NCBI RefSeq assembly: GCF_008831285.2 | Contig: NC_045138.2 | Coordinates: forward strand, 23,622,001-23,686,000 | Origin: Nymphaea colorata | Lineage: Eukaryota | Direction: 5' to 3' | DNA: 64,000 nt | Shown: positions 13,794 through 27,100 of the stretch, in pieces | Numbering within the stretch: position 1 is the first letter of the stretch | How the letters are laid out: the number at the start of each line of letters is the position of its first letter | Position numbers and translations under genes: made by a program | Notes under the pieces: model-generated | What the model was told of the DNA's origin: nothing | The model's input: the letters and a program-made list of their open reading frames with translations, nothing else | Databases searched by the model: none

Positions 13794-14130
13794 CGGATAC
13801 CCGTGGCCGTGATTATTGTCTGACTTTATCGGTCAGTGGGATTAATTTGTTAAGTCTGCTCCCTTTTGCCAGCGTCTTATCTGCGGAAAGTGGAAACTCT
13901 ACGTCCTCAAAATGTTGTTTGATTTGAACCTCTCTTGAGGTTTGCTGAAATATAGAAGAATGCTTCGTAGTTTAGTTGGATTACAACCTAGAAGAAAGTT
14001 TTGAGGATTTGTGGTTCGTCGCTTCTAGTTTATTTAGTCTATGGAACTTGAAGGAAAAAAATTGAAATTTTGTAGCTTATACCCTACATTCTTTCTGATA
14101 TACTAACAATACTTTCATGAAACTTTACAG

Positions 14131-14972
14131 CTGAGAGCTCTACGAGGTGGTCATCAATCACAAGTTGGTTCTCTTGCATGGAATTCTCACATTCTTACAA
14201 CTGGTGATATGGATGGTTTAATTTTTAATAATGATGTACACATTCCATCTCACATGGTTGAAGAATACAAAGGACATGAATTAGAAGTTTGTGGATTAAA
14301 GTGGTCGAGCTCAGGCCAACAACTAGCCGGTGGAGGTGATGACAAACTTTTGCACATCTGGGATCAGAGAATGGCATCAGAGCGAAATGGCAGACAGAAT
14401 CAGTGGCTATACAGACTGAATGATCATAGAGGTACAGTGAAAGCATTAGCCTGGTGTCCATTCCAAAGAAACCTACTTGCGTCAGGGGGTGGTAACCCCG
14501 ACCGTTGCATTAAGTTTTGGAATACTTGTTCTGGGTCCTGCTTGAAGTCCTTGGATACTGGTTCACATGTCTGTGCGCTCTTATGGAGTAAAACCGAAGG
14601 GGAACTTCTCAGTTCACATGAGATTGATTGGATCGATGGTGATAGTCAGAGACAGTTGATATTGTGGGAATATCCATCGATGGTTATGGTGGCAGAGCTA
14701 GTTGGTCATACTTCCACGGCTCCATTCATGGCTCAGGTAGGAAACTGTTCCGTATTAGTACTGTACCAGAAGGAAAAGCCTTTAGATCTACTGCTGACCT
14801 GGTTTCTTTTGTTTTCTAAAATTTTCAGAGTCCAGATGGGTGCAGAGTAGCATCTGCCTCTGGAGGAGATCAAACATTGCGAATCTGGAACTTGTTTGGA
14901 AAACCTGAAACAAAGAATAAGCTGGTTAGCAAGCCACTTGGGCCATTTGCAATTCTCAACAGCATAAGGTGA
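14131..14972 (+). pseudogene. CDC20: CDC20 (fizzy, WD40 APC/C activator), last two exons only: 14131-14736 and 14829-14972
   Basis: [60 protein letters not shown], final exon [11 protein letters not shown]...NSIR*. Canonical AG/GT sites, open frame. Upstream exons (C-box, DDYYLNLLDW) not found in the window. Confidence 0.85.
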
Positions 14973-17457
14973 AAAAAAAAAAACAGGAGATGACTTAAGA
15001 TGGCATATGCTGCAAGGGATAGGTACTCAATTTAGTTAAATTACTAGGAGTTAGGTGCCTATCTACCTCTAATACAGTGCAAATGTGACATGATTTATTC
15101 CTTAAATGCATCAACATAATCTAGTCCGTGGCAGAGAGCCATCTACTGAGATGGTTTCAGAAGAAGCAAAAAGAGTTCTATTTGAGGATGGTGTTGATGG
15201 ATAATGGTTTGTGTGAAGGCGACTATCTTTCCATTATCCAGCCCAACTCAAGTCTTCAGTTGTTATAATCACTGTGTCCAAAAGTGAAGGATCAAGGAAG
15301 AGACCAAACTTGCTCTTCATATGCATTTAAAATTGTTGGGATGTGGAGCAAAGGTATCTAATAATCTATAAGCAGCACCGAATGGAGCAGAAGTGACATG
15401 TTCGATGTTTATCTCAAGAAAACTAAAGGCCCTGTGTTTCACATAGGTTGAGGGTGTTGGTGTTGGTGGACAGTAATTGCGAATTGCATTGTCTTTAGGG
15501 ACATTTGGGGATAGAGTAGAATAATTTCAATGGTGCACATTCCTTCTGCCAAGTTCATATCTATCAGTTTCTAAAATATGCTTGTACGATATTTTCCTGC
15601 ATCATTTAACTTTTCACATGTTCATAAATGGAATTAATGTTGATCATCTAAACGAAGCTCCTTCCTTCTGGTATTAGCGAGCATCTCTTCTCGGAACGTG
15701 CTTGTCATCTATTCTGGAAAAAAATTGAGAAATCATGTCACATTTGGGAGAGGGACATTTTTGCTACGGTTTCATTAAAAACGAGAAATCATGTCACATT
15801 AATGTGTTGGTTCGTATCACTATTTTTTTTTTTTTGGAAAAAATGCAATTACTGCTTATAATAACAATTCCTTTCTCAGTTTGGTTTTCCATAAGAAAAA
15901 AGAACGAACTTACATGTGAAACTATATTCAAAGGTCTAAAGTCACTATAATCGAAACGTTTTTTTCTTTTTATATGTGTATGTTTTCTTATAGTCCAATT
16001 AAAATATCTCCACGAGAGACCAACGCAAGTTTTTGCCTTCGCGTTGGCAGCACATTGGACGTGTTCAATATTATCAACTGACGAGCGCCGCTCGTTTGGT
16101 CAAAAAGCTCAGTCACAAAGCCATTAAATTGATGAAGATCAAATGTTTTTAATAGTCAAATTTGTGCTTCTTTGTGTAGTCTATCAGTGGTCTGCCTAAC
16201 CCCAACTGTTAGAGGGATCCACAATTTCCTTTTAAAAAATTTCAAACCCTAAAGATTTATCCACGTCCATTAAAGAGGGAATTAAAAGATTTCAAGAAAC
16301 ATTAGGGAAAAAAGGTGAAAACTCATTCACAAACCAATCGAAAGATTTTTGCAAAAGAAGATCACAAGCACAGATCCAGAGTAAAGGACCTTAGAAACAA
16401 TTGTACAAAAAAAGAAAAAAGAAAAAAACAGAACATAACATTTTACCGATTGTTCCCGCTGTATAGAGACATCGTCAGCTTCATCAGTTTCTGCTACAAT
16501 GCCTATCATCCATAAGTGGTAACAGGGCTTCTTTATGCCCTCTTCCGCGACCCCATGCTTTTTTTTAAATATCTTTGTATTACTATTACTAATTAATTTT
16601 TTTATTTTGCATAATGTTAACTTATCAGTTGTTTTAGGATGCTGCTGTAATCACCTCACCTTATTCTCCCTCTCTCATCTTTCCTGTTGGCTTTCATATA
16701 CTTTTGGCTTGTCAACTCTGCTGATTGCATAATATGTTTGTCAATTTGTGAATGATGCCATTTCGGTCCGAAACGTTCAAGCTAAATTGGCAAAAGATGT
16801 TTAAAAAAAAAATTCAAACATATTTTATTTTAATTAGAATGAGAAAATTTCAAATATTAAAAAAAAAAAATCTAACAAATTGGCCAACCAACTGACACTC
16901 ATGTTCCACGTAAGAGAATAAAATTTTCACGATGGATCGTAAATTTTAAAGCATTCAAGTAATTACTTCAATTTGTCCCTCCAACTCCAAGAGATGATAC
17001 GTACCACTAATTGCTTAAGTTCAATAAGCAAACTTGAGAAAATAATACTGTGGCAGTCACACTAATAGAACGTAATTTAAACAACTAAGCTACCTTTCAA
17101 ACTTAAAACTAACCACTCACTCGGATGTGAGTAGCAGTGCATTATGTCAATATCTAGAATTGAACCCTTGAAACCACAAGTTCATGAGGATCACTACACC
17201 AGTCCTGATTTTTTTAAAATAGCACTACCTTCTGCCAAGGTAATCGCCACAAGCAAGGGTCACAACCTCTGCCTTGTCAACCAAGGTCTCCTTGGCAAAA
17301 GGTCACGCCCTTAGACAACGGAAGATGCCTTAGTGAGGAAAAATTTCTTACGACTACTTAATCTGTCGTCAATTGATATTTAGAAAAAAAATCAAAAGGA
17401 AATCGATGCATGTTGTTACAGAATTCCTGTTGTTGTAGATCGGCATGAGCGTCTACC

Positions 17458-17488
<31 letters not shown>

Positions 17489-18972
17489 CAGGCCTGAAAA
17501 CAGAGGGCTTTTTGGCCAGCCCTCATTTCTAACGAAAATGAAAGAGGGAGAGAGAGAAAAAGAGAGATGCTTGTACCTCGACTGCCATCATTGATCACCG
17601 ATGGATAATCTACTTACCGCTTTCCGCCTACTGGTGGTGGTCTGCTGCCGCGTCTACCGATGGGTGCCCGTCTGGATATGAGACGGTTTTGCCGATGAAT
17701 GACATATTCGAGCAAAAGCGTTTCTGTTTTCCTAAAAAAGATGGTTCCGTCTAATAAAAAGAGAAACAAGACAGGAGAACAAAGTCAGTAAAACACGATT
17801 AATAGGTTTACCATTCATTGATCAAGTTCCAAGCCAAATTCAGAAGAACAATTGTCCAATCCACAGCTTATTAAGAACTGAGGTAAGTGGAACACATAGA
17901 TTTTGAATACCACAGTCCAGAGTAGTCAGTGTAACAGCATCAATGACTTGCTGCTTGTGCTCCAAACCAGTTTTGGTAAGAATCAAGTATGCCAATGAGC
18001 ACTTTTCCTGTCAACAACAGTCTTAATCAGTGTCATAAAAATTTCACTGTGAATCAAATTCGTTAAGGTGCCTATTTGGTGAATTGGCTGATTCAATGAC
18101 TCAATCAGTTGGGCTTAGAAACAAATATTATCTACATCCATTAATTTAATTCTCATGTATCCTCGTCCATAGCTGCAATTTGTATTAAGCTGGTTTTGAA
18201 TGAGAATCTACGGATTAAATCTCACTCTCAAAGAAAAAAAAAATGCATGCACCAAACGGGGTTAGAAGGAGAAAGTAGGTATAAAATTTTAAATTGTTAA
18301 GAGTTATTAATATATAAATTATGAAAATTGCTCTGAAATATTCGTATGAGAATGATAAGTTTGTTTGGGATCCGTGTGAACAATTGCCCACAATAGCTGA
18401 TGCTTGTGTGCATCCCTGGCACCAAATGGACAGAGTATACCTACATAATGCAGGAACTACCTTTCAGCAATTTTCTTTCTAATCATCAACTTAATGTGCA
18501 TTTTGAAATTTTATGTATAAGAATGTGACGTACGTATTCTCCAAAGTTTAAATTTACATATTTAGATAAACACTTTTGCTTGTTTAGATAAGTTTCTACT
18601 TTAATTTCATCCTGAGTTTCTCATGAATTCTCAGTTAGAGATACTGGAAACGCAATGTTTATTTTTAAATAAATACACTACTTTTTTTCTCAAATCTGTC
18701 TTATTATTGAATCCCAACTTCCACAGCAGCCACACGCTGCAGCACTCACACACACAGCCGTAGGAAGCCCAACTTCTCTTCACGTCAAAGGTTATTCTTC
18801 ATTAGGGTTTGATTAACCCTTAAGAGGGCTTAAGTACATGACCTGTTGGGTTGGGTTGCACACTCTAACTAGACCCGACCCGGTACAAAGGAAATTACTA
18901 AGTTAAAAGCATTCAGAAATAATAACAACATGAATTAAAGAGTTGCTGAATAAAATAACTTGCGCCTAACAC

Positions 18973-19548
18973 CACTGCTCTCTAAACTAACTCGACCTAG
19001 GGTAGAAGGCAACTGAAAATAAACAAATTTGAAAAATTGTGAAAGAGGCCAAACCACTCTTGATTTAAGGCATCTAATGCATACAATAGCAGCTATCAAA
19101 CCTAAAATCCTAACTCAATTTATGTAGCTCATATACTTATTTTCTCAAAAATTTATAGCAAAAGTACTCTATGAGTCTCTGTTCAACATGAATTTTGCAA
19201 CCACTGGGTCAAATCAGATTCCCTGCAAAAAAATTTAGTTAGACACGAAGGGTAACAGATCTTGGGAAGCCAAACAAATCAATTATCCGAGTAAAATCAC
19301 CCAAGAATCCACAGTTTTGGAATTTGTTCCTGTAGGTCAGGACAGGAGATTTGGTTGTAGTTTCTTCCTACCAATGCTAATAAACAGAAGGTACAAACAA
19401 ATAAAAACACTACTTGTCTATCTTTGTGCAAGTCATTGCCTACCTAATGCCTACTGCAAAGACAATTTTTGCAGCCAGCATTAGTCAGCCAAGATCTAGG
19501 TAAACTCACACAAATCGATTTGGATGCCATAACATTGTTACAAACACT
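18973..19548 (+). repeat. Inverted copy of 34370-34997 (part also copied at ~31815-32102)
   Basis: gatcttgggaagccaaacaaatcaattatccgagtaaa and gccttctaccctagg blocks match in reverse complement. Confidence 0.9.
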
Positions 19549-19554
19549 AATATT

Positions 19555-22500
19555 TTAAGACATCAAGGAATCAAAACGAAAAAAAAGATGAAGATCGTAT
19601 AAGAAATTGAGAAAATCAAAAGATTTTGAATTCAATTTGAAAAATTTGAGAAAACTTAGATAATGGTTTCAAAAATTTGTATTGGCAAAGCAATATTTTA
19701 GAATTGATCTCAGAGATTCATAAAGGACTTGAAAAGCATTTACAAGAAATTAGAAAAACTCTCATTTTGAATGTCTTCCTATCTATGATGTTAGATTTGG
19801 GATTTAGTATGAAGATTTGAAACAAGCCTGATCCTATCTGGTCTGGGATGTTAGATTTCGAATTTGGATGTAAGAAATGGATGAGAGGTCTAATCTGGTC
19901 CAATTTAAAGTGTTGGATTTGAGAGATGGACCAATCATTTGGATCAGAGGTCTGATCTGATCATGTATGGGATGTTGGATTTGGGATTCAAAACAAAAAT
20001 CAGGATCAAAGGTATAATCTGATCCAGTATATGATGTTGGATTTGTTATTAGGACCAACGATCTACATCACAGGTCTAACCTTATCCAGTCTTAGAAGTT
20101 GGATTGGTACGTTGAATGCGGATTTGAATTTGAATATATGAAATCTCAGTTTAGAACATCTTTAAAATCATTTTTGAGACTTCCGCATTTAAAAATTTCA
20201 AAGTTGAAAAGTGCTTACCTGAGAATTTAACAAAGATTTAGGAAAAGTAAGAAATCAAATCCAATAAATTTTAATATCTTAGAAGAAATTGAGAACATTC
20301 AAAGAAATTCAAAAGATTTTGAACTCAATTCGCAAAATTTTTGAAAAAATAGATAATGGTTTCAAGTTTCAACAATTTATATAGGCAAAGCAATAATTTT
20401 GAAATGATTTCAAAGATTCACAAAGGGTTTGAAAAACATTTTACGAGATGTTAGAAAAACTCTTATTTTTAATTACTTCAGTAGAATCTAGAAACTTGAA
20501 AGTTGATAAGTGCAATTAGAAAATTGAGAATCTAACAAATATTAAAGAAAGCAAGGAATTAAAAAAAATCAAGGTCGTACAAGAAAAGAGAAAATCAAAA
20601 GATTTTGAATTCAATTTGAAAAATTTTGGAAAACATAGATAATGGTTTTAATGATTTATATGCGCAAAGCAATTATTTTGAAATGATTTCAAAGATTCAT
20701 AAAGGGTTTGAAAAAGCATTTACAAGACATTAGAAAAATTATCATTTTAAATGTCTTCAGTAGATATTTGGAAACTTGAAAGTTGAGAAGTGCATTTAGA
20801 AACTTGAGAATTTAACAAAGACTTGGGATTTAAATCTATGAAATATATCAGAGGTTTGATCTCATCTAGTCTATGACATTGAATTTGAGATTCAGTTTAA
20901 AGATTTGGAACAAAAGTCTCATCCTATCTAGTATGGGATGTTAGATTTCGAATTTGGATACAAGAAATGGATCAGATGTCTAATCTGGTCCAATTTAAAG
21001 TGTTGGATTTGAGAGATGGACCTAACATCTGAATCAAATGTCTGATTTGATCATGTATGGGATGTTGGATTTGGAATTCAAAACAAAAGTCAGGATCAGA
21101 GGTCTCATCTGATCTGGGATAAGATGTGGGATTTGTGATTAGGACCAACGATCCACATCATAGGTCTAACCTTATCCAGTCTTAGATGTTGGATTGGTAC
21201 CATGAATGTGGATTTGAATTTGAACATATGAAAACTCAGTTTAGAACATCTTTAAAATCGCTTTGAGACTTCATACAATCTAGTGGAATTTAGAAATTAC
21301 AAAGTTCGAAAGTGCATTTAGAAACTTTAACATTTTTTTTAAGAAAATTAAGAAATCAAATCTAATAAGTTTTAAGATCTTACAAGAAATTGAGAACATT
21401 CAAACAAAGTCAAAAGATTTTCAATTCAATTCGTAAACTTTTCGAAAAAAAATAGACAATGGTTTCAACTATTTATATAGGTAAAACAATAATTTTGAAA
21501 TGATTTCAAAGATTCATAAACGGTTTAAAAAGCATTTACGAGAAATTAGAAAAAACTCTCATTTTTAATGTCTTTAGTAGAATTTAGAAAGTTGAAAGTT
21601 GAAAAGTGCATTTAGAAACCTAAGAAATTAACAAATATCTAAGAAAGTAAGAAATCAAAACAAAAAAAAAATGAAGATCATAACAAATATTTAAGAAAGT
21701 AAGAAATAAAAAAAAAATCATACAACAAATTGAGAAAATCAAAAGATTTTGAATTCATTTTGCAAAATTTTGGAAAACTTAGATAACGGTGTCAAAGATT
21801 TATATAGGCAAAGCAATAATTTTAAAATGATTTCAAATATTCATAAAGGGACCAAAGATGTAAATCATAGTTATAACTATAATGTTATCCCTTCTCAGAT
21901 GTTGGATTGGTATTTTGGATGTGGATTTGAATTTGAAAATACGAAACCCCATTTTAGAACATGGTTAAAATCATTTTGAAAATTCAAACAATCAAATAGA
22001 ATTTAGAAACTTGAACATTGAAAAGTGCTTTCATAAACTTGAAAACTTGACAAACATTTGAGAAAAGTAAGGGAAACGATATTCAAGAAATTTGAAGATT
22101 TCACAAGAAATTGAGAAAATTCAAACAAAAAAATCAAAAGAATTTGATGTCAATCTGCAAAATTTTGGTAAACTTAGAGAATTGTTTCAAAGATTTATAT
22201 AGGCAAGTAATATGCTTGAAATGATTTCAAAAATTCACAACGGATTTCAAAATAATTTACAAGAAATTAGAAAACCTCGTATTTTTTATGTCTTCGAGTC
22301 TTTGACATTGGATTTGGGATCTAGATCTAGAAAGGGATCAAAGGTCTGATCTGATACGGTCTACTAAATTGAATTTGGGATTTTGCCCTAAGATCTGGAT
22401 TAGAAGTCTGATCTGATCCAGTCTAGAATCTTGGGTTTCGGATTTGGATCTATAATATGGATCAGTGGTTGGAACCTATCCAATCTAGAGTATTGGATTT

Positions 22501-22745
22501 GAGTTTTGGAACTAACACATGGATCAAAGGTATGATAAGATATTGTATCAGATGTTGGATTTGGTATTTAGACCTAAGGTTTGGATCAAAGGTCTGATTT
22601 GATATGGTTTAAGATGTTGGATTTGGGATTAGGACCAAAGATATAAATCAAATGTATAATGTTTATCCCATCTCGGATGTTGGATTGGCATCTTGGATGT
22701 GGATTTTAATTTGAAAATATGAAGATCCAATTTAGAACATGTCTA
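19555..22745 (+). repeat. Degenerate compound tandem array, ~1.0-1.1 kb higher-order unit, about 3 copies
   Basis: Alternating A-rich blocks (aagaaattgagaaaatcaaaagattttgaattcaatttg) and gatgttggatttgggatt/gatctgatc blocks recur at ~19.6, 20.3, 20.6, 21.4, 21.7 and 22.1 kb. Confidence 0.8.
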
Positions 22746-23489
22746 AAACTATGGAGCAGCATTGCCGCCAAGAGAAGAGCATATATTGTCGTATTTTAAA
22801 TTTATCATATGTTATCAAGGTCGCTAGGTGCAGCCTGGGCATGCGTAGGCACACTTAAATTGGACTATATGGAAAACAAGTATTATATGTACTAGTTGTT
22901 AACTGTCTAGCGATAAGATATGACTAACAGTGATACATAACAACAATTCACAGCAACAATAGGTGCCAGAACCAATTATTAGGAACTAACCGATAATTTT
23001 ATTTCATACTTGCTATTAAATATGACATGTAGTTAATTTTAGCATTTGATTCAACAAAAATGATAGTTTATCAATAATATACCGAATAACACATAGCGAA
23101 CTAAGGTCCACTTAGGTAACTCAACCCGCATCCACCTAATAACACCTTTAACCATACCCGAACATGAAGAGGGTAACCAAATAAACATGTAGATTTGAAT
23201 CACGTTAACTTCCTCAAACAGCAAAACAATATGTGAATGTCAAACAAAATTACTCACAAAAGAACCAGCCCTGAGAATGAAGAGACCAAAACACTGAAAG
23301 CAGGAAAGGTAGCATCTACTTTCCTTTCATAATCGACATCAGAAGACTGAACCATGTATTGGAACCAATATATAGAAAAGGAAACAAGAGTTGTAGGATA
23401 ACCATATAAGCAACCTTAAGACAAGTAGGTTGCGGCCCTAAACCATGATATTGTACAGAGTTTTTCAAGACACAAATGGACAAAGGAGA

Positions 23490-24180
23490 ACACCTCAAGA
23501 AAACAAAACCAAGTCGGGAAAGATGGATCCCAATATGAGCGAATATTAGGCAGTTATCAAATAGCCTGGCCTATGTCGATCCTGTATTCAAGATCGTTGG
23601 GGCAACTGGGGGGAACGAGAGAAGGATCTCTTTGTCCTATTTCAACAGGAAGAAAGAGACTGGGATTCCTCGCAACCTGAACGAACGCCCACGGTGAGCG
23701 AGCGTACCAATCTTGTCTCGACTTTGAAGAGGGGGAAGTCGGGATGATGGAAAACAGAAGCGAACTACGGGATCGCCTCATCGATCTCCTGATGAATGAT
23801 AGGAATCCCTAGGTCCTCGCTGATAGGCAGGAAAACCCCGACCCAACGACTCCAAGGATCTTTTCTCTTTTTTGAATCTGGGAACCTCTTCGTCCTTCAA
23901 GCTCAAATTCCAGAGGTATGTAATGGGGTGATGGCTCTGATCCGCCGAGCGAGCTCTTCTTTTGATTTTGATTGATGAAGTGTCGTGGTCATGCTCGTAC
24001 TATTGATGCATTCGTCTTTGTTGGAAAGAAACAGAGGAGTTGGCTGCAAAAAAAGATAGAAAAGAACGATCACGTAATATCAATTTCTCGGCCTCGTCAG
24101 CGGCTTCCAATTGCTCGGAAATGATCAGCAGTTATATAACGGGGGGCTTCGATGTTGAGCAAAAACAATTGATCAAGACA
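23490..24180 (+). other. rps7: NUMT ending in the first codons of mitochondrial rps7
   Basis: 24139-24177 reads acg ggg ggc ttc gat gtt gag caa aaa caa ttg atc aag = (M)GGFDVEQKQLIK, matching the plant mt rps7 N-terminus; upstream DNA is more GC-rich than its flanks; left boundary approximate. Confidence 0.6.
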
Positions 24181-27100
24181 TGTAGTACTTGGATCTGATG
24201 TAAATGGATTAAGCTTCCACCCCTAATAAGCGTTAACTTCGATGCATGTACCAGCCGTTGTCACAAGGTAATATTTATGAACTTCATTATATGCATTCTA
24301 TTCATACAGTTGGACTGCTAACCAAAGTATTTACAAAGCTATTTGCATTTTATCTTCTATCTTCTGTGGAACCCCATGGGCGTGTGTCTGTTTGTGTGTA
24401 TGAATGGCAAATGCATGTCCATTTTCCTTTTCCTATTCTCCTTCTTCTCTTCTCGGCACAAATCTTTCCTTTCCTGTTCTGGCTGCTGATGATGAACATG
24501 GAAAGCATAATACTGTGGAAAACCGACAGAGTGCTAGTCCAGAAAAAAATTCATGGTGGTGGATCTCACTGGCATCGCCTGGAGTTCGTGGTCCTGATGT
24601 ACTGAGGTGGTCTTATATTTATATGTTTTCTTGTAGTTGCTAGCTACATTTTGCTAGTAAGAGAATTTATTGGAACTATAGGCACCACAGCATTGTCAAC
24701 TTTTGTAGATTACGCAACACTATCGGTGTTTCTGTAAGTTGTATCTGCGTGTTTGCAAGGTTGTAATACGCTTGGGTGGTTTTTGGATGCCACCCATCGT
24801 GTTTGCAAAACACGACACATGAATAATTAATATATAAAGTGATAAATGAGGATTAGCAAAAGCAGTACCATCACATTCCACTCAGTTATATGCTTAGAGA
24901 ATTTATGAAAACATTATATATTCCAAAATTATCAAAATATTGTATACCCTTACAGAAAAAACTATGTTAGGACATCCATTTTTTCAATTTCAAATGTGTT
25001 CTATTATTACTAGTTATTAAAATTTTCAGTTACTAACAACTTAAATTAATGTGTGCTTCATACAAGTTCGTTAGATACTAATTTTCCCTGAATCAGAACT
25101 TCAGATACTAATTTTCTTAGTTCATGATAAGAAAGCACAAAGCTTAGGAATTGGGCTTTTGCCCCTATCAATAAAAAAGCACCATAAATAAGTATACGCA
25201 TGCGAACACTATGAAAAGATATGTAACTTAGATCAACTAATCGATTTTTTTTTTTTTTTTACGTAGTTGGGTTTGTGGAGTTGTGCGAGTAAGGGCTCTC
25301 AAGAAAGATTGGAAGGATACTCCTTAGACGCACAACTGCCTTTTAAGAACTCCTACTTCCTACTCTTGCTATACCGATCTTACTTGACATAAATAATCAT
25401 TCATGTTGTCCCTCATTTAAAGCTACGGATTAATCCCTTCATCGAGTTTCTTTTTCATTTTACAGGTATGATAATGAAAGCAGCCGTTGTGTCAAGTCCT
25501 CCCTTGAAAAAAGAGGGTGAAGGCTCTTGTCCAGACTTTTCTAAATCAGGGGTTTTAATTTTTAGGTAAGCAGTTTTCAAATTTTTTAAAATAGATGGGA
25601 CACTACCAAACGGTGACCACTAAAGAACCTAAGTGATACGGTGCCTATTATCAATTTATTTTTTATTTAATTCAATAAGATAACAAGCAAAAAATAAATA
25701 AACCGATATTAAATTCTAGTTGTATGGATAATTAGAATAAAAGTAACTATATATTTGAGGTCGCATTCGATGTTGATCCGAGGGTTGATTTCGGATCCTC
25801 GGATCTAAAATCCGAAGTTTTTAAAGAAGTTGTGTTTGTTTTGACTTCATCGGGGTTTCATTTCATCATTTTTTTTAGCTCTCTTTCTCTCTCTGGTGCA
25901 CCAGCGGGGAAGCCGATCGGTGAGGGGAGCAGCGGTGGAGCGCACCCAGCGGTTGGACGATCACCGTAGGGCAGAGCGCCAGTGGGTGTCGATCGTGTCG
26001 GCCCTACGGAATCATTGTTCGATAATACAATGGTAAAAATCCATCCTAAAAGATCCACGAAAAGTTTTTTCCATAATAAAAAGATTCAACCTAAAAATCT
26101 ACGAAAATTTTTCCTTGATAAAAAATCTATCCTAAAAGATCCACGGAAAACTTGTTTCATGAAAAAAATTCCATCCTAAAAGATCGTTTATTTTTTCGGG
26201 GTTAACCAATGCACCCTAAAAGATATCCACGACATATTCTTCAGGGTAAAAAAAAATCCATGGAGGTATCAAACGTCCTAGCCATCGCCTCTCCTGTAGA
26301 GATGATCCAAAGTGGATCTGAAGTCCATGGATGTTAAAATGGTTGATTGATAATACAATGGATCTCTTAATTAGATGTGAGGTTAGATCCGAGATCCACG
26401 GCTATCAAACCCGCCCTTTGAATAAGTCAGGCTCTTGTTTTATCGTCTGAAATGTAATGTCAAATGAAATTAAATCCAAATTACGAAGGAAACTTCATAA
26501 AGGAAACTTCAAGAACAGAATAAGAACGTAACTTCTCATGAAGAACGTAACCGTCTCTTGCCTTTCCCGCTTTCAGCCCTCAACCACCACGATCGCTGCT
26601 CGCTCTCCTGCCGGCGCTCGCTTTCCATCGGCGACCTCCACCACCACCGTCGTGTTTCGAAGGTAAATACCTCTTCTGTTTCTCTCTATTCCCCCACTGT
26701 GCCTTAGCGATGGCGAGGGAAGGAGGCTGCTCCGGAGGGCGTTGGGTCGAGAGAACCGTGAACCTAGGCACCGTTATCAAATCCATCAGTTATAATCGAC
26801 GCTGATCTTGATGTCTTTTTTTTTCATCCCAGAGAACTCCAGAGCGAGGGGACGCTGTCAGAGAAGAAAGAGGAAGAAGAAAAAGAACATGGTCGCTGAT
26901 TCTTTTGGGTCTTTGTGGATGTTGGGTTTCTCGTGAAAGCTGCAGCCACATATGGGGAGGCATTCCGGATCACTCTCTCCATCTACCTCACCGCTCGTCG
27001 GAGTAGCAGATCGATCATCGTGCCTCTCGCCTTCCTACCGTTTGGACCTCATATCTGATCAACGTTGCTCTCCTTCCTATCGTTGTTCTAACTGACGCTT

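Noticed and set aside
16327..17705. Minus-strand exon-like pieces with gt donors
   Set aside because: No coherent frame or recognisable product
24404..24643. 79 aa ORF with exon-like end
   Set aside because: May be a gene fragment, but I cannot assign a family
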